64,000 bases of DNA. Source: an uncultured virus (IMG/VR IMGVR_UViG_3300042691_034458). Taxonomy: Duplodnaviria; Heunggongvirae; Uroviricota; Caudoviricetes. How positions within the stretch are numbered: the stretch's first letter is position 1; each line of letters starts with the position of its first letter. The position numbers and the translations under genes were made by a program. The DNA lies in the IMG/VR virus record IMGVR_UViG_3300042691_034458, positions 1 through 64,000 of that record; one strand, 5' to 3'. Of this stretch, positions 9,199-18,235 are shown piece by piece. The notes beneath the pieces were generated by a model that did no database searches, was not told the DNA's origin, and saw only the letters and a list, made by a program, of their open reading frames with translations.

Positions 9199-12100
9199 AT
9201 GGAAGATGAAAAACTAACAATATGGCAACGACTTTCTAAAGGATTTGGTCCAAACTCATTACTTGGACAAGAAAGTCCAACATTTAAATTTGATAAGAAG
9301 GTTTTATTAAAAACACCGAATAAGCAAGAGTACGAAAGAGAAAAACTCCAAGCACAACAAACAGCTTATTTAACATACCAATGGAGTAAGATTGAAAATA
9401 ATTTATATACACAATCAGTATATTATGAACCCACTAGATTAGCATCATATTATGATTATGAGAGTATGGAATATTTTCCGGAAATTTCAGCAGCATTAGA
9501 TACATTTTCGGAAGAATCTACAACGCCAAATCAAGATGGTCAAATGTTACAGATTTATTCTGAATCAAAAAGAATTAAATCAATTTTAACAGATTTATTC
9601 TATAATCAATTAGATATTAACACAAATCTACCCATGTGGACAAGAAATACTTGTAAGTATGGTGATAATTTTGTGTTTTTAAAACTAGACCCAGAAAAAG
9701 GTATTGTTGGTTGTTTTCAACTACCAAATATTGAAATTGAACGTATTGAAAAGGGGATGGTTAAACGTCCGGGTGGGACACCAAATAGCGACCCAGAAAA
9801 TAAACAAATGAAATTCTCTTGGAAACAAAAAGATTTAGATTTTAATACTTGGGAGGTCGCACATTTTAGATTATTGGGTGATGATAGAAAATTACCATAC
9901 GGTACTTCGATGTTAGAAAAAGCGAGAAGAATTTGGAAACAATTAGTTCTTGCTGAAGATGCAATGTTAATTTATAGAACATCTAGAGCACCGGAAAGAA
10001 GAGTATTTAAAGTTTTTGTTGGTAATATGGATGATAAAGATGTTGAAGCATATGTGCAAAGATTTGCAAATAAATTTAAGCGAGACCAAGTAGCGGACCC
10101 AAAAACGGGTAATGTGGATTTACGTTTTAATCAAATGGCGGTAGACCAAGATTATTTTGTACCGGTTAGGGATATTGCTGCACCTAATCCGATTGATACA
10201 TTACCGGGAGCGTGTATTGATTTAAATACCAGAATTCCCCTTCTTGATGGTAGAACTTTAACTTTACAACAAATAATTAATGAGTGGGATAATGGTAATA
10301 GAAACTTATGGGTTTATTCTTGTGACCCAAATACAGGGTCCGTACATCCGGGTATGGTAACTTGGGCTGGTGTAACAAGAAAAGACGCTGAAGTTATTAA
10401 AATTACATTAGACAATGGTGAAGAGGTGATTACAACTCCAGACCATAAATTTGTTCATAGAACTAGAGAATTTGTTGAAGCGAAAGATTTAATTGTTGGG
10501 GATAGTTTAATGCCTTTTTATTCAAGAACCGAAAAAATAAAGACCAACACTAATGATTATCACCAAATTTTTGATAATGAAAAAAATCAATGGGTTTTTA
10601 CGCATAGAATGGTAAAAAACAGTACTGTTGGTAGTTCTTTAGTAAAAGAATGGGTTTTTAATTCTGAATTTAAAAATAAAGATAAAAAAATAATTCACCA
10701 TAAAGACCATAATCGCTTTAATAATAATCCAAATAATTTACTAATAATGAATGGTGAAGACCATTTAAAATATCACCAACATATCATAAAAGAAACGATT
10801 TGGAAAGATATTGAACTTAATAAGAAAAAAATTTCAGAAGGTATTAAAAATTATTTAAATAATCTTTCTTCAGATGAATTACAAAAAAGACATGAAAGAA
10901 TTAATAATCCAATATCAAAAGCTAAAACAACTAAAAAGTTATTGGAATGGAATAAAAATGATGAAAATTTAAAAAATAAAGGTAAAAAAATTTCAAAAGC
11001 TTATACAGAAGAAAGAAAAAATAAGATAAAGGAATTAAATTTAATAAGGTGGTTGAATGATGATTATCGAAATAAAGTTTTTTCTAAAAAACAAACAATA
11101 ACATTTGATGATTATATATATAATTCATTTGTTAGTGAATTTAAAAAGACTTTACGTGCTGATTTAGCGTTAAAGAACTTAAATAATTCTTTTGAATTTA
11201 TTTCACATTTTAAACAAATTAATGAGGAAATTAGAAGTTCGTTAACAAACTTAAATGAATTCACGCAAAACCATGTAGATAAAATGGTTAAACAACAAGG
11301 GTTTAAAAATTTTACTGAATGGAAACATTTTGAGTGTAAAAAGAGAGGATTTAAAAATATTCGTCAATGGAAATATAATGTTGAGAAAGAAATTTATTTT
11401 AACCATAAAATAACAAAAATTGAATGGTTAACAAATAAAATTGACACTGGTACGATTACGGTTGATGGTAATGAATTATATTCAAAATCTCACACTTTTG
11501 CTATTGAAAGTGGTATTTTTATTAAAAATTCTAACCTTTCTGAAATTGCAGATATAGAATACATCCAGAAAAAACTTTTAACAGCATTAAGGATACCAAA
11601 AGCGTTCCTTGGGTTTGAAGAAGTTGTTGCTGATGGTAAAAATCTTGCGTTACAAGATATTCGTTTTGCTAGAACAATTAACAGAATACAAAAAAGTATG
11701 TTAGCGGAATTAAATAAAATTGCTATTATACATTTATTTATTTTAGGTTTTGAAGATGAACTTTCTAACTTTACATTAGGATTAACAAACCCATCAACAC
11801 AAGCTGATTTATTAAAGGTTGAGGTTTGGAAAGAGAAAATCTTACTTTATAAAGACGCTGTTGCAGGAATTGAGGGTATTGCACCAACTTCACATTCTTG
11901 GGCTAAAAAACATATTCTTGGTTTCTCGGATGATGAAATTAAACTTGATATTCAACAACAAAGAATTGAAAAGGCGGTCGCAAAAGAACTTGAGAACACA
12001 CCAAATGTGATTGTAAAAACAGGTATTTTTGATAGTGTTGATGCAATCTACGGTCAAAAAGGTGGTGGTACTCAAGCTGGAACTCCCCCTCAAGAACCAA

Positions 12101-12339
12101 CATCTGATATGACAATGCCTGAAACTAGTCCAGCATCATCACCATCAATAACTCCACCAGAAGCTCCTGAGAGCGCACCAACTGAAACTCCAACAACAGT
12201 ACCTGAATCAAAACAGGAAAGAGTAAATATTTTACTTGAAGGTGGTCTTTTAAATGAAGATGAAGAAATCGATTTGAGTAAAGCTAGAATTCAATTAGGT
12301 GAAATGGAAGAACATTTAAATAAACTTCTAAAGTCGTGA
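9199..12339 (+). CDS. gp20: Portal vertex protein (T4 gp20-like) containing an intein
   Basis: EDAMLIYRTSRAPERRVFKV.VGN, DYFVP and IDTLPG motifs; 607 aa after removing the 439-aa intein. Confidence 0.93.
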   Translation: MEDEKLTIWQRLSKGFGPNSLLGQESPTFKFDKKVLLKTPNKQEYEREKLQAQQTAYLTYQWSKIENNLYTQSVYYEPTRLASYYDYESMEYFPEISAALDTFSEESTTPNQDGQMLQIYSESKRIKSILTDLFYNQLDINTNLPMWTRNTCKYGDNFVFLKLDPEKGIVGCFQLPNIEIERIEKGMVKRPGGTPNSDPENKQMKFSWKQKDLDFNTWEVAHFRLLGDDRKLPYGTSMLEKARRIWKQLVLAEDAMLIYRTSRAPERRVFKVFVGNMDDKDVEAYVQRFANKFKRDQVADPKTGNVDLRFNQMAVDQDYFVPVRDIAAPNPIDTLPGACIDLNTRIPLLDGRTLTLQQIINEWDNGNRNLWVYSCDPNTGSVHPGMVTWAGVTRKDAEVIKITLDNGEEVITTPDHKFVHRTREFVEAKDLIVGDSLMPFYSRTEKIKTNTNDYHQIFDNEKNQWVFTHRMVKNSTVGSSLVKEWVFNSEFKNKDKKIIHHKDHNRFNNNPNNLLIMNGEDHLKYHQHIIKETIWKDIELNKKKISEGIKNYLNNLSSDELQKRHERINNPISKAKTTKKLLEWNKNDENLKNKGKKISKAYTEERKNKIKELNLIRWLNDDYRNKVFSKKQTITFDDYIYNSFVSEFKKTLRADLALKNLNNSFEFISHFKQINEEIRSSLTNLNEFTQNHVDKMVKQQGFKNFTEWKHFECKKRGFKNIRQWKYNVEKEIYFNHKITKIEWLTNKIDTGTITVDGNELYSKSHTFAIESGIFIKNSNLSEIADIEYIQKKLLTALRIPKAFLGFEEVVADGKNLALQDIRFARTINRIQKSMLAELNKIAIIHLFILGFEDELSNFTLGLTNPSTQADLLKVEVWKEKILLYKDAVAGIEGIAPTSHSWAKKHILGFSDDEIKLDIQQQRIEKAVAKELENTPNVIVKTGIFDSVDAIYGQKGGGTQAGTPPQEPTSDMTMPETSPASSPSITPPEAPESAPTETPTTVPESKQERVNILLEGGLLNEDEEIDLSKARIQLGEMEEHLNKLLKS
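10213..11529 (+). mobile_element. Intein (439 aa) with HNH endonuclease, in portal
   Basis: Starts CIDLNTRI after DTLPGA; block B TTPDHKF; HNH motif IHHKDHNRFNNNPNNL; ends HTFAIESGIFIKN/S. Confidence 0.9.
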
Positions 12340-12366
12340 TATTTATTTAAAAATATATTTTGAAAA

Positions 12367-13074
12367 ATGAAAACCTTTGGAACTATAAAAACAAAAATTG
12401 AGGATAAATTAACTGATTCCTACAAAAAAAATACATTTAAAAAAGAATTAAAGAAATTTAAAACACTTGTTTTAGAAGATAAAAATGTTGTGCAAATTTA
12501 TCACATTTATGACAATTTATCTAAACCTCAAGGATATTCCGAAGAAACATCAAAATTATTTTTAGATGAAGCAATTAATATGGTTAAAAAATCAATCGAA
12601 AAAACTGATTTTAAAAAATTAAATGAATGGATAAGTGATGTAAAATCTGAAAACAGATATTCACATATTGATATGATTGTTGAGGGTAAAGTCCAACAAA
12701 TTGAATCTATTATTAATAGTAAAAAATTAATAATTGAAAATTTACAGAAAAAACAAGATAAGAAAGAGGTAATTAATCTACCACTAAAAACTATGTTAGG
12801 TGTAGCAAATAAAGCATTAAATTCAATTGTGTCTAATTTGAATGAGGAAGAGAAAAAAGAGTTAACTCATATTATTTCTTTATCTGAAAATGATATAAAA
12901 ATTCAATTTAGTGATTTAAAGGAAAGTACAATAAAAAAATTAGAAAGTTTATTATTAGAACAAACTGATGTCGAGTTGGTTAATAAGATTCAAGATACTA
13001 TTACAAAAATAAAAGATGAGACTCCCGGAAGTTTAAGTCTATATAAGTTACTAACGTTAAATAAAACATTTTAA
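12367..13074 (+). CDS. Hypothetical head-module protein
   Basis: 235 aa between portal and protease; ATATTTAT at 12339-12346. Confidence 0.75.
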   Translation: MKTFGTIKTKIEDKLTDSYKKNTFKKELKKFKTLVLEDKNVVQIYHIYDNLSKPQGYSEETSKLFLDEAINMVKKSIEKTDFKKLNEWISDVKSENRYSHIDMIVEGKVQQIESIINSKKLIIENLQKKQDKKEVINLPLKTMLGVANKALNSIVSNLNEEEKKELTHIISLSENDIKIQFSDLKESTIKKLESLLLEQTDVELVNKIQDTITKIKDETPGSLSLYKLLTLNKTF

Positions 13075-13081
13075 AAAAAAT

Positions 13082-13110
13082 TTGTTAATTCAGTATTTGT
13101 TTTCTATACT
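13082..13110 (+). promoter_or_regulatory. Possible sigma70-like promoter TTGTTA-N17-TATACT
   Basis: Correct spacing upstream of 13145, but the AT-rich background weakens it. Confidence 0.3.
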
Positions 13111-13144
13111 TTAAAAAATAAACTTTTATGTGAGATGAGTATAG

Positions 13145-13615
13145 ATGAAGACAGGAAAAACATTAAAACTAACCGGTTATAATAATATAAAAGTTAGTTA
13201 CGGTACGGTGGATTTTAAAAATTTTAAATCGTTATATTTAAATATTCAAAGTTGGTTGCAACCAAAGATTGATTTGGAAGATTGGGATCGAGTCGTGGGT
13301 AATTTACGAAAAGATGTAAAGCACGTAATTCATGATATATTAAATCCAATTTTTTTTGAAAATAATTATATTGTTGATTTGGATTTAAGAACTAGCGGAA
13401 TCCAATATGGAAAAAGGAGTTTTATGAATTTAGAAATAACACTTTACGTTAAAAACAATATAAACTTTAAATCAAGTGAACTTAGAAATGAACTTAATTA
13501 CATTTCAAGAACAATAAATGATAATGTCTTTTTAAATAATAAATATTTTACATATTCAATAACAAAAAAGATTACACAAGAAAATATATTAGAAAATACA
13601 CATATTTATAGATAA
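13145..13615 (+). CDS. Hypothetical protein
   Basis: 156 aa ORF in the head module. Confidence 0.75.
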   Translation: MKTGKTLKLTGYNNIKVSYGTVDFKNFKSLYLNIQSWLQPKIDLEDWDRVVGNLRKDVKHVIHDILNPIFFENNYIVDLDLRTSGIQYGKRSFMNLEITLYVKNNINFKSSELRNELNYISRTINDNVFLNNKYFTYSITKKITQENILENTHIYR

Positions 13616-13625
13616 AAAATTATCT

Positions 13626-14348
13626 ATGAAAATCTTAGGACCAAACGAAATAGGACAAAGAGGTATTCTTATTGAAATGGATGCTGGTTATATTTCACCA
13701 AGTGATGAACGTAATTTAGCAATCATTAAAGAATCTAAAAACTTATTGGATTATTCAAAACCATTTGAATTTTATGCTGTATTACAAAAATACGGAGTAC
13801 CAAACAGAAATGGTAGAATTTATCCTGAAAGTATATTAAAAAGAGAATCTGAAAATTATTTAAAATTAATCAAACAAGGGAAAGCTATGAGTGAATTAAA
13901 TCACCCAGAATCTTCCCTTATTGATTTGGATAGAGTTTCACATCTTATTACAGATATGTGGTGGGACGGTCATATTTTAATGGGTAAATTAAAGTTATTA
14001 ACATCACCCGGATTCCATGAAAGAGGTATTGTATCAACAAAAGCGGACATTGCTGCTAATTTGTTAAGACACGGTGCAACTTTGGGTATTTCCTCAAGAG
14101 GTGTTGGTTCATTGGTTAAAAAGGGTGAACAAAATGAGGTTCAATCAGATTTTGAATTAATTTGTTTTGATTTGGTATCATCACCTTCAACACCGGGTGC
14201 GTATCTCTTTAGTGATGTTAATGATAGAAACAAATTTGAAGAGAATATTGAGGAAGAGAAAAAATTGAGACAGCAGCCTATTTCAGATAAAAAAGAAATT
14301 AAGTCACTTGACTTAATGAAAAGATTATCCGATTATTTGGGAAAATAA
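13626..14348 (+). CDS. gp21: Prohead core protease (T4 gp21-like)
   Basis: NRNGRIYP, ELNHP, GISSRGVGS and FDLVSSPSTPGA motifs; ATATTTAT at 13602-13609. Confidence 0.93.
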   Translation: MKILGPNEIGQRGILIEMDAGYISPSDERNLAIIKESKNLLDYSKPFEFYAVLQKYGVPNRNGRIYPESILKRESENYLKLIKQGKAMSELNHPESSLIDLDRVSHLITDMWWDGHILMGKLKLLTSPGFHERGIVSTKADIAANLLRHGATLGISSRGVGSLVKKGEQNEVQSDFELICFDLVSSPSTPGAYLFSDVNDRNKFEENIEEEKKLRQQPISDKKEIKSLDLMKRLSDYLGK

Positions 14349-14365
14349 TCTAAAACATTTTAAAA

Positions 14366-14581
14366 ATGAACGAAAATCAAAAGTATTTTGTGGCAAAAGT
14401 TTCTTTGGACATTCCAGATCTTGACAGCGGTAGAATTAAAACAAAAAAAGAAGAGAAATTAGTTATGGGATATTCCGTAACTGATGTTGAAGCTAAAATT
14501 ACAAAAAAATATGAAGGATTTCCTAGTGATTGGAGAATTACTGCGGTAGTTGAGAGTAAAATAGATGAGGTGATAAGTTAA
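14366..14581 (+). CDS. DUF4494-like small protein
   Basis: YF.AKV....KEE.LV.GYSVTDVEAKIT pattern resembles the Bacteroidota DUF4494 family. Confidence 0.5.
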   Translation: MNENQKYFVAKVSLDIPDLDSGRIKTKKEEKLVMGYSVTDVEAKITKKYEGFPSDWRITAVVESKIDEVIS

Positions 14582-14602
14582 TAACTTTATAAATAATTTA
14601 AT

Positions 14603-14631
14603 AAAAAGAGGACATTTTGTCCTCTTTTTTT
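14603..14631 (+). terminator. Rho-independent terminator
   Basis: AAAAAGAGGAC-atttt-GTCCTC followed by a T tract. Confidence 0.85.
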
Positions 14632-14685
14632 GTTTTTTTATGATTTTTTCAAATTAGCACATATTTATTGTTAAAAATATAATAA

Positions 14686-16233
14686 ATGTCAGAAAAAAAA
14701 TCATTAGTAGAAGATACTCTAATCCAAATGAGAAATTTGGAGGAAGCTATCCAAGAAAATGCAAAAGGAATACTTGCTTCAACCATGAAGGAAGAAATCA
14801 GTGATTTAGTAAAAGAGTCTTTAAATGAGACTGAAACAGAAGAGGAAATGGATGAAATGGAAATGGAGTCCAAGACCGATGATAAAGTTGACGAGCAAGA
14901 GTCATCCGATTTAGAAATGGACATGGATATGGAAGATGAAGTTAGTGACGAATCTGAAGAAGAGTCTGATGAAGATTCAGAAGAGATGATGGGCGCTGAA
15001 ATGAATCTTGACATGGACGTAGAAGATGAAGTCCCGATGGACTTAACAAACGCATCAACAGAAGAGCTTTTAAAAGTTTTTAAAGCTATGGGTGAAGAAG
15101 ATGGTATTATCGTTAAAAAAGAAGATGATAAAATCCATCTAAAAGATGATTCAGAAGGTGTTGAATATATGATTGATTTAGGAGAAAGCATTAATGAACA
15201 ACCTCTTGATTTGGGCGATGAGTCTGAGGAAGAAGAATTTGACTTTAATTTAGATGATGAATCTGAAGATGAGGAATTTGAATTCGATGAGTTTGAAGAA
15301 AGAATGCCAATGCGTAAATCACATAGAATTCGCAAAATGAAAAGAGATGAAGAAATGCATGAACAATCATTTGCGGATGAGACAGAGTCTGAAAAACAAG
15401 CCGATATTGATGCGATGTTAGACGATATCTTTAATGAATCAGAAGTATCTGAGGAGGAAGAGGTTGTCTATGAAATTGAGCTAGATGAAGAGGATGATAA
15501 TGAAGATATGACGGAAGAAACTGAAGAAACAGATGAGGAAATGAATGAAACCTATGATTTAGAGGAAGCATTCAAACCAAAAATGTTCAAAGGTAAAAAT
15601 CCTGAAAATAAAACAAATAAAGGTCCGAAAAAGATGTTAATGAAAAAACCTACCGGAAAAATGTTTGGTATGACACCAAAAATCGGTAAAACAACAAAAA
15701 CATCGGAATCTGATGTAAAGAAAGTTGAGACCAAAGAAGCAGCAAGAACCTTGGGTATGGGTAGTAAATTTAGAAAAGGTGGTTTACCAAAACCTAAAGC
15801 TGCCCCAAGACATCTCGGAGAAGATTTTGATTTTGAAGCGATGAACGCTGAGTTAGTTTCTTTAAGAGAAAAAAATGAAGAATATAGAAAAGCATTAAAT
15901 ATCTTCAGAGAAAAACTTAATGAGGTTGCTATATTCAATTCAAATCTTGCTTATGCGACAAGACTTTTCACCGAACATTCAACTTCTAAGCAAGAAAAAA
16001 TTAATATTCTTAGAAGATTTGATGGTGTTGAGACAATTAAGGAATCTAAAAATCTTTACACAACAATAAAAGAGGAATTAAGTTCCAAGGGTGTTACACC
16101 AATAACCGAATCGATTGAGTCAAAAATTGAAAAAACTCCATCTAGCGGTTCTGCGGCTAATTTGATTGAGTCAAAAACTTATGAGAATCCGCAGTTCTTG
16201 AGAATGAAAGACCTCATGAATAAAATAAAATAA
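14686..16233 (+). CDS. Prohead core scaffold protein (gp22-like position and composition)
   Basis: Extremely Glu/Asp-rich with a coiled-coil C-terminus, between protease and MCP; ATATTTAT at 14661-14668. Confidence 0.8.
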   Translation: MSEKKSLVEDTLIQMRNLEEAIQENAKGILASTMKEEISDLVKESLNETETEEEMDEMEMESKTDDKVDEQESSDLEMDMDMEDEVSDESEEESDEDSEEMMGAEMNLDMDVEDEVPMDLTNASTEELLKVFKAMGEEDGIIVKKEDDKIHLKDDSEGVEYMIDLGESINEQPLDLGDESEEEEFDFNLDDESEDEEFEFDEFEERMPMRKSHRIRKMKRDEEMHEQSFADETESEKQADIDAMLDDIFNESEVSEEEEVVYEIELDEEDDNEDMTEETEETDEEMNETYDLEEAFKPKMFKGKNPENKTNKGPKKMLMKKPTGKMFGMTPKIGKTTKTSESDVKKVETKEAARTLGMGSKFRKGGLPKPKAAPRHLGEDFDFEAMNAELVSLREKNEEYRKALNIFREKLNEVAIFNSNLAYATRLFTEHSTSKQEKINILRRFDGVETIKESKNLYTTIKEELSSKGVTPITESIESKIEKTPSSGSAANLIESKTYENPQFLRMKDLMNKIK

Positions 16234-16256
16234 ACCTAAAAAACAATTAAAAAACA

Positions 16257-18116
16257 ATGGGTGCATTATTAGAAAGCGGTCTTGTTGGTAACATTGGTCT
16301 TAAGCATCTTAAGGTTATCAAGGAAGACACAATTAACAAGTGGGACAAATTAGGATTCTTAGAGGGTCTTAGAGGTCACTTAAAGGAAAACATGGCTCAG
16401 TTGTATGAAAACCAAGCTTCACATCTTATTAACGAAGCTGCTTCAACAACTGATAGCGGTTCATTTGAAACCGTAGTTTTCCCGATTATCAGAAGAGTTT
16501 TCTCAAAACTCTTGGCGAACGATATCGTATCAGTTCAAGCCATGAACCTTCCTATCGGTAAGTTATTCTACTTTATTCCGAGAATTCAGGGTTATACCGG
16601 CGCTACTGCTGATGCCGCTATCCCCGGTGGTTTCTCAGATTCAGGTCAGCACTACGCTCCGGTTGGTTCTCCCGGTAACTATCCCGGAGATCCTAACACT
16701 GGATATCCCCCTGCTTCAAATGCTTATGGAAAGAATCTTTACGATCTCTTCTATGAGGGTAATGAGCCGGGATTAAATCCTGCCGGTCTTTTCGATTACT
16801 CAAAGGGTAGATTCCTCATCGTAACTGCTAACACACAAACTGTTGCTTGGAGCGGTTCTGACCTTATCGCTTCTGCTTACACCGCTGGTGAATTCAGAAA
16901 GATTTTAGTCGCTCTTTCAGGTTTCTCAACTGTAGGTGCTGGTAAGCTTATTGGTCCTGATGGTCAAGAAATGGATACAGAGTCATTCTTGTCAGATCTT
17001 ACTCTTTATACTTCAAACGCAACAGTTGCTTCACAATTAGGTACTTCGACAATAACTCCTCTTCTTTACAGAGTTGTAACTCAGAAGTATGGTAAGGGTA
17101 TTGTTGAGTACGGTACCACAACTCAGGCTCCGTTTAACAGAACTACAACTGGTGGAAATGGTGGTTACTTTGATAACATCTGCTCACCGACCGGTATCAT
17201 TTACCTCGAAGTTGACGCTCAAGTCCCTGTTTGTATTTCATGTAATAACGCTAACACAATTGATGGTTACTCTGGTGCCACTATTACATCTGCCGCTTGG
17301 TCAGGTTCATCTGGAAGTGGTCAAATTATGGCAGCTTGGAAGCGTTACGAAGAACTCGAATTTGAAGACAAGATTGGTGAAGTTTCGTTTGACCTTCAGT
17401 CAGTAACTGTTTCAGTAACTGAAAGAAAGTTAAGAGCACAATGGTCACCTGAACTCGCTCAAGACGTTGCGGCTTTCCACAACATTGATGCTGAGGCTGA
17501 ATTAACCGCTCTCTTATCTGAACAAGTTGCTGCTGAAATCGACAGAGAAATCTTAAGAGATTTAAGAAAGGGTGCTGCTTGGACATTAAGATGGGATTAC
17601 AATGGTTGGAAGAGATTAGGTACCGCTGCTGTTCCTTATACCCAAAAGGACTGGAACCAGACCCTCATCACCGCTATCAACCAAATCTCAGCACAAATCC
17701 ACAAGTCAACCTTAAGAGGTGGTGCTAACTGGATTGTTGTATCATCTGAAATCTCAGCTATCTTCGACGATCTCGAATACTTCCACGTTTCAAACGCTGC
17801 TCCTGAACAGGATCAGTACAACATGGGTATTGAGAAAATCGGTACATTAGCTGGAAGATATCAGGTTTACAGAGATCCTTACTTCCCACCCAACACTGTG
17901 TTGCTCGGTCACAAGGGAACCTCTCTCTTAGATACTGGTTACGTCTACGCTCCGTATGTACCTCTCCAGTTAACTCCGACAATGTACAATCCGTTCAACT
18001 TTACCCCGATTAAGGGTATCATGACCCGTTACGCCAAAAAAATGGTAAATAACCGGTTCTATGGTAGAATTACTGTTGACGGTGTTCGTTCATTTGACTT
18101 AAGAGAATTGAGATAA
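16257..18116 (+). CDS. gp23: Major capsid protein (T4 gp23-like)
   Basis: FPIIRRVF..L.ANDIVSVQAM, RKLRAQWSPELAQD..AFH.IDAEAEL, EIDREI, YAPYVPL and GIMTRYA motifs; optimised codon usage. Confidence 0.96.
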   Translation: MGALLESGLVGNIGLKHLKVIKEDTINKWDKLGFLEGLRGHLKENMAQLYENQASHLINEAASTTDSGSFETVVFPIIRRVFSKLLANDIVSVQAMNLPIGKLFYFIPRIQGYTGATADAAIPGGFSDSGQHYAPVGSPGNYPGDPNTGYPPASNAYGKNLYDLFYEGNEPGLNPAGLFDYSKGRFLIVTANTQTVAWSGSDLIASAYTAGEFRKILVALSGFSTVGAGKLIGPDGQEMDTESFLSDLTLYTSNATVASQLGTSTITPLLYRVVTQKYGKGIVEYGTTTQAPFNRTTTGGNGGYFDNICSPTGIIYLEVDAQVPVCISCNNANTIDGYSGATITSAAWSGSSGSGQIMAAWKRYEELEFEDKIGEVSFDLQSVTVSVTERKLRAQWSPELAQDVAAFHNIDAEAELTALLSEQVAAEIDREILRDLRKGAAWTLRWDYNGWKRLGTAAVPYTQKDWNQTLITAINQISAQIHKSTLRGGANWIVVSSEISAIFDDLEYFHVSNAAPEQDQYNMGIEKIGTLAGRYQVYRDPYFPPNTVLLGHKGTSLLDTGYVYAPYVPLQLTPTMYNPFNFTPIKGIMTRYAKKMVNNRFYGRITVDGVRSFDLRELR

Positions 18117-18141
18117 TAGACTCAAAAACAACAAAATAAAG

Positions 18142-18169
18142 AAGGCGGGAGATTTCTCCCGCTTTTTTT
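18142..18169 (+). terminator. Rho-independent terminator after MCP
   Basis: GCGGGAG-attt-CTCCCGC followed by T7. Confidence 0.9.
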
Positions 18170-18190
18170 ATTTATATTTTTCATGGTTAA

Positions 18191-18222
18191 TTGACGATTC
18201 TATGGATTAATGTTATATTTAT
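18191..18222 (+). promoter_or_regulatory. TTGACG-N17-TATATT sigma70-like promoter overlapping an ATATTTAT motif
   Basis: Both elements lie just upstream of ATG 18236. Confidence 0.5.
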
Positions 18223-18235
18223 TAAAAAGGTAAAA

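Noticed and set aside
14649..15335. Ser-rich minus-strand ORF (and similar ORFs at 4451-4741 and 5540-6133)
   Set aside because: Antisense shadows of Glu/Lys-rich genes.
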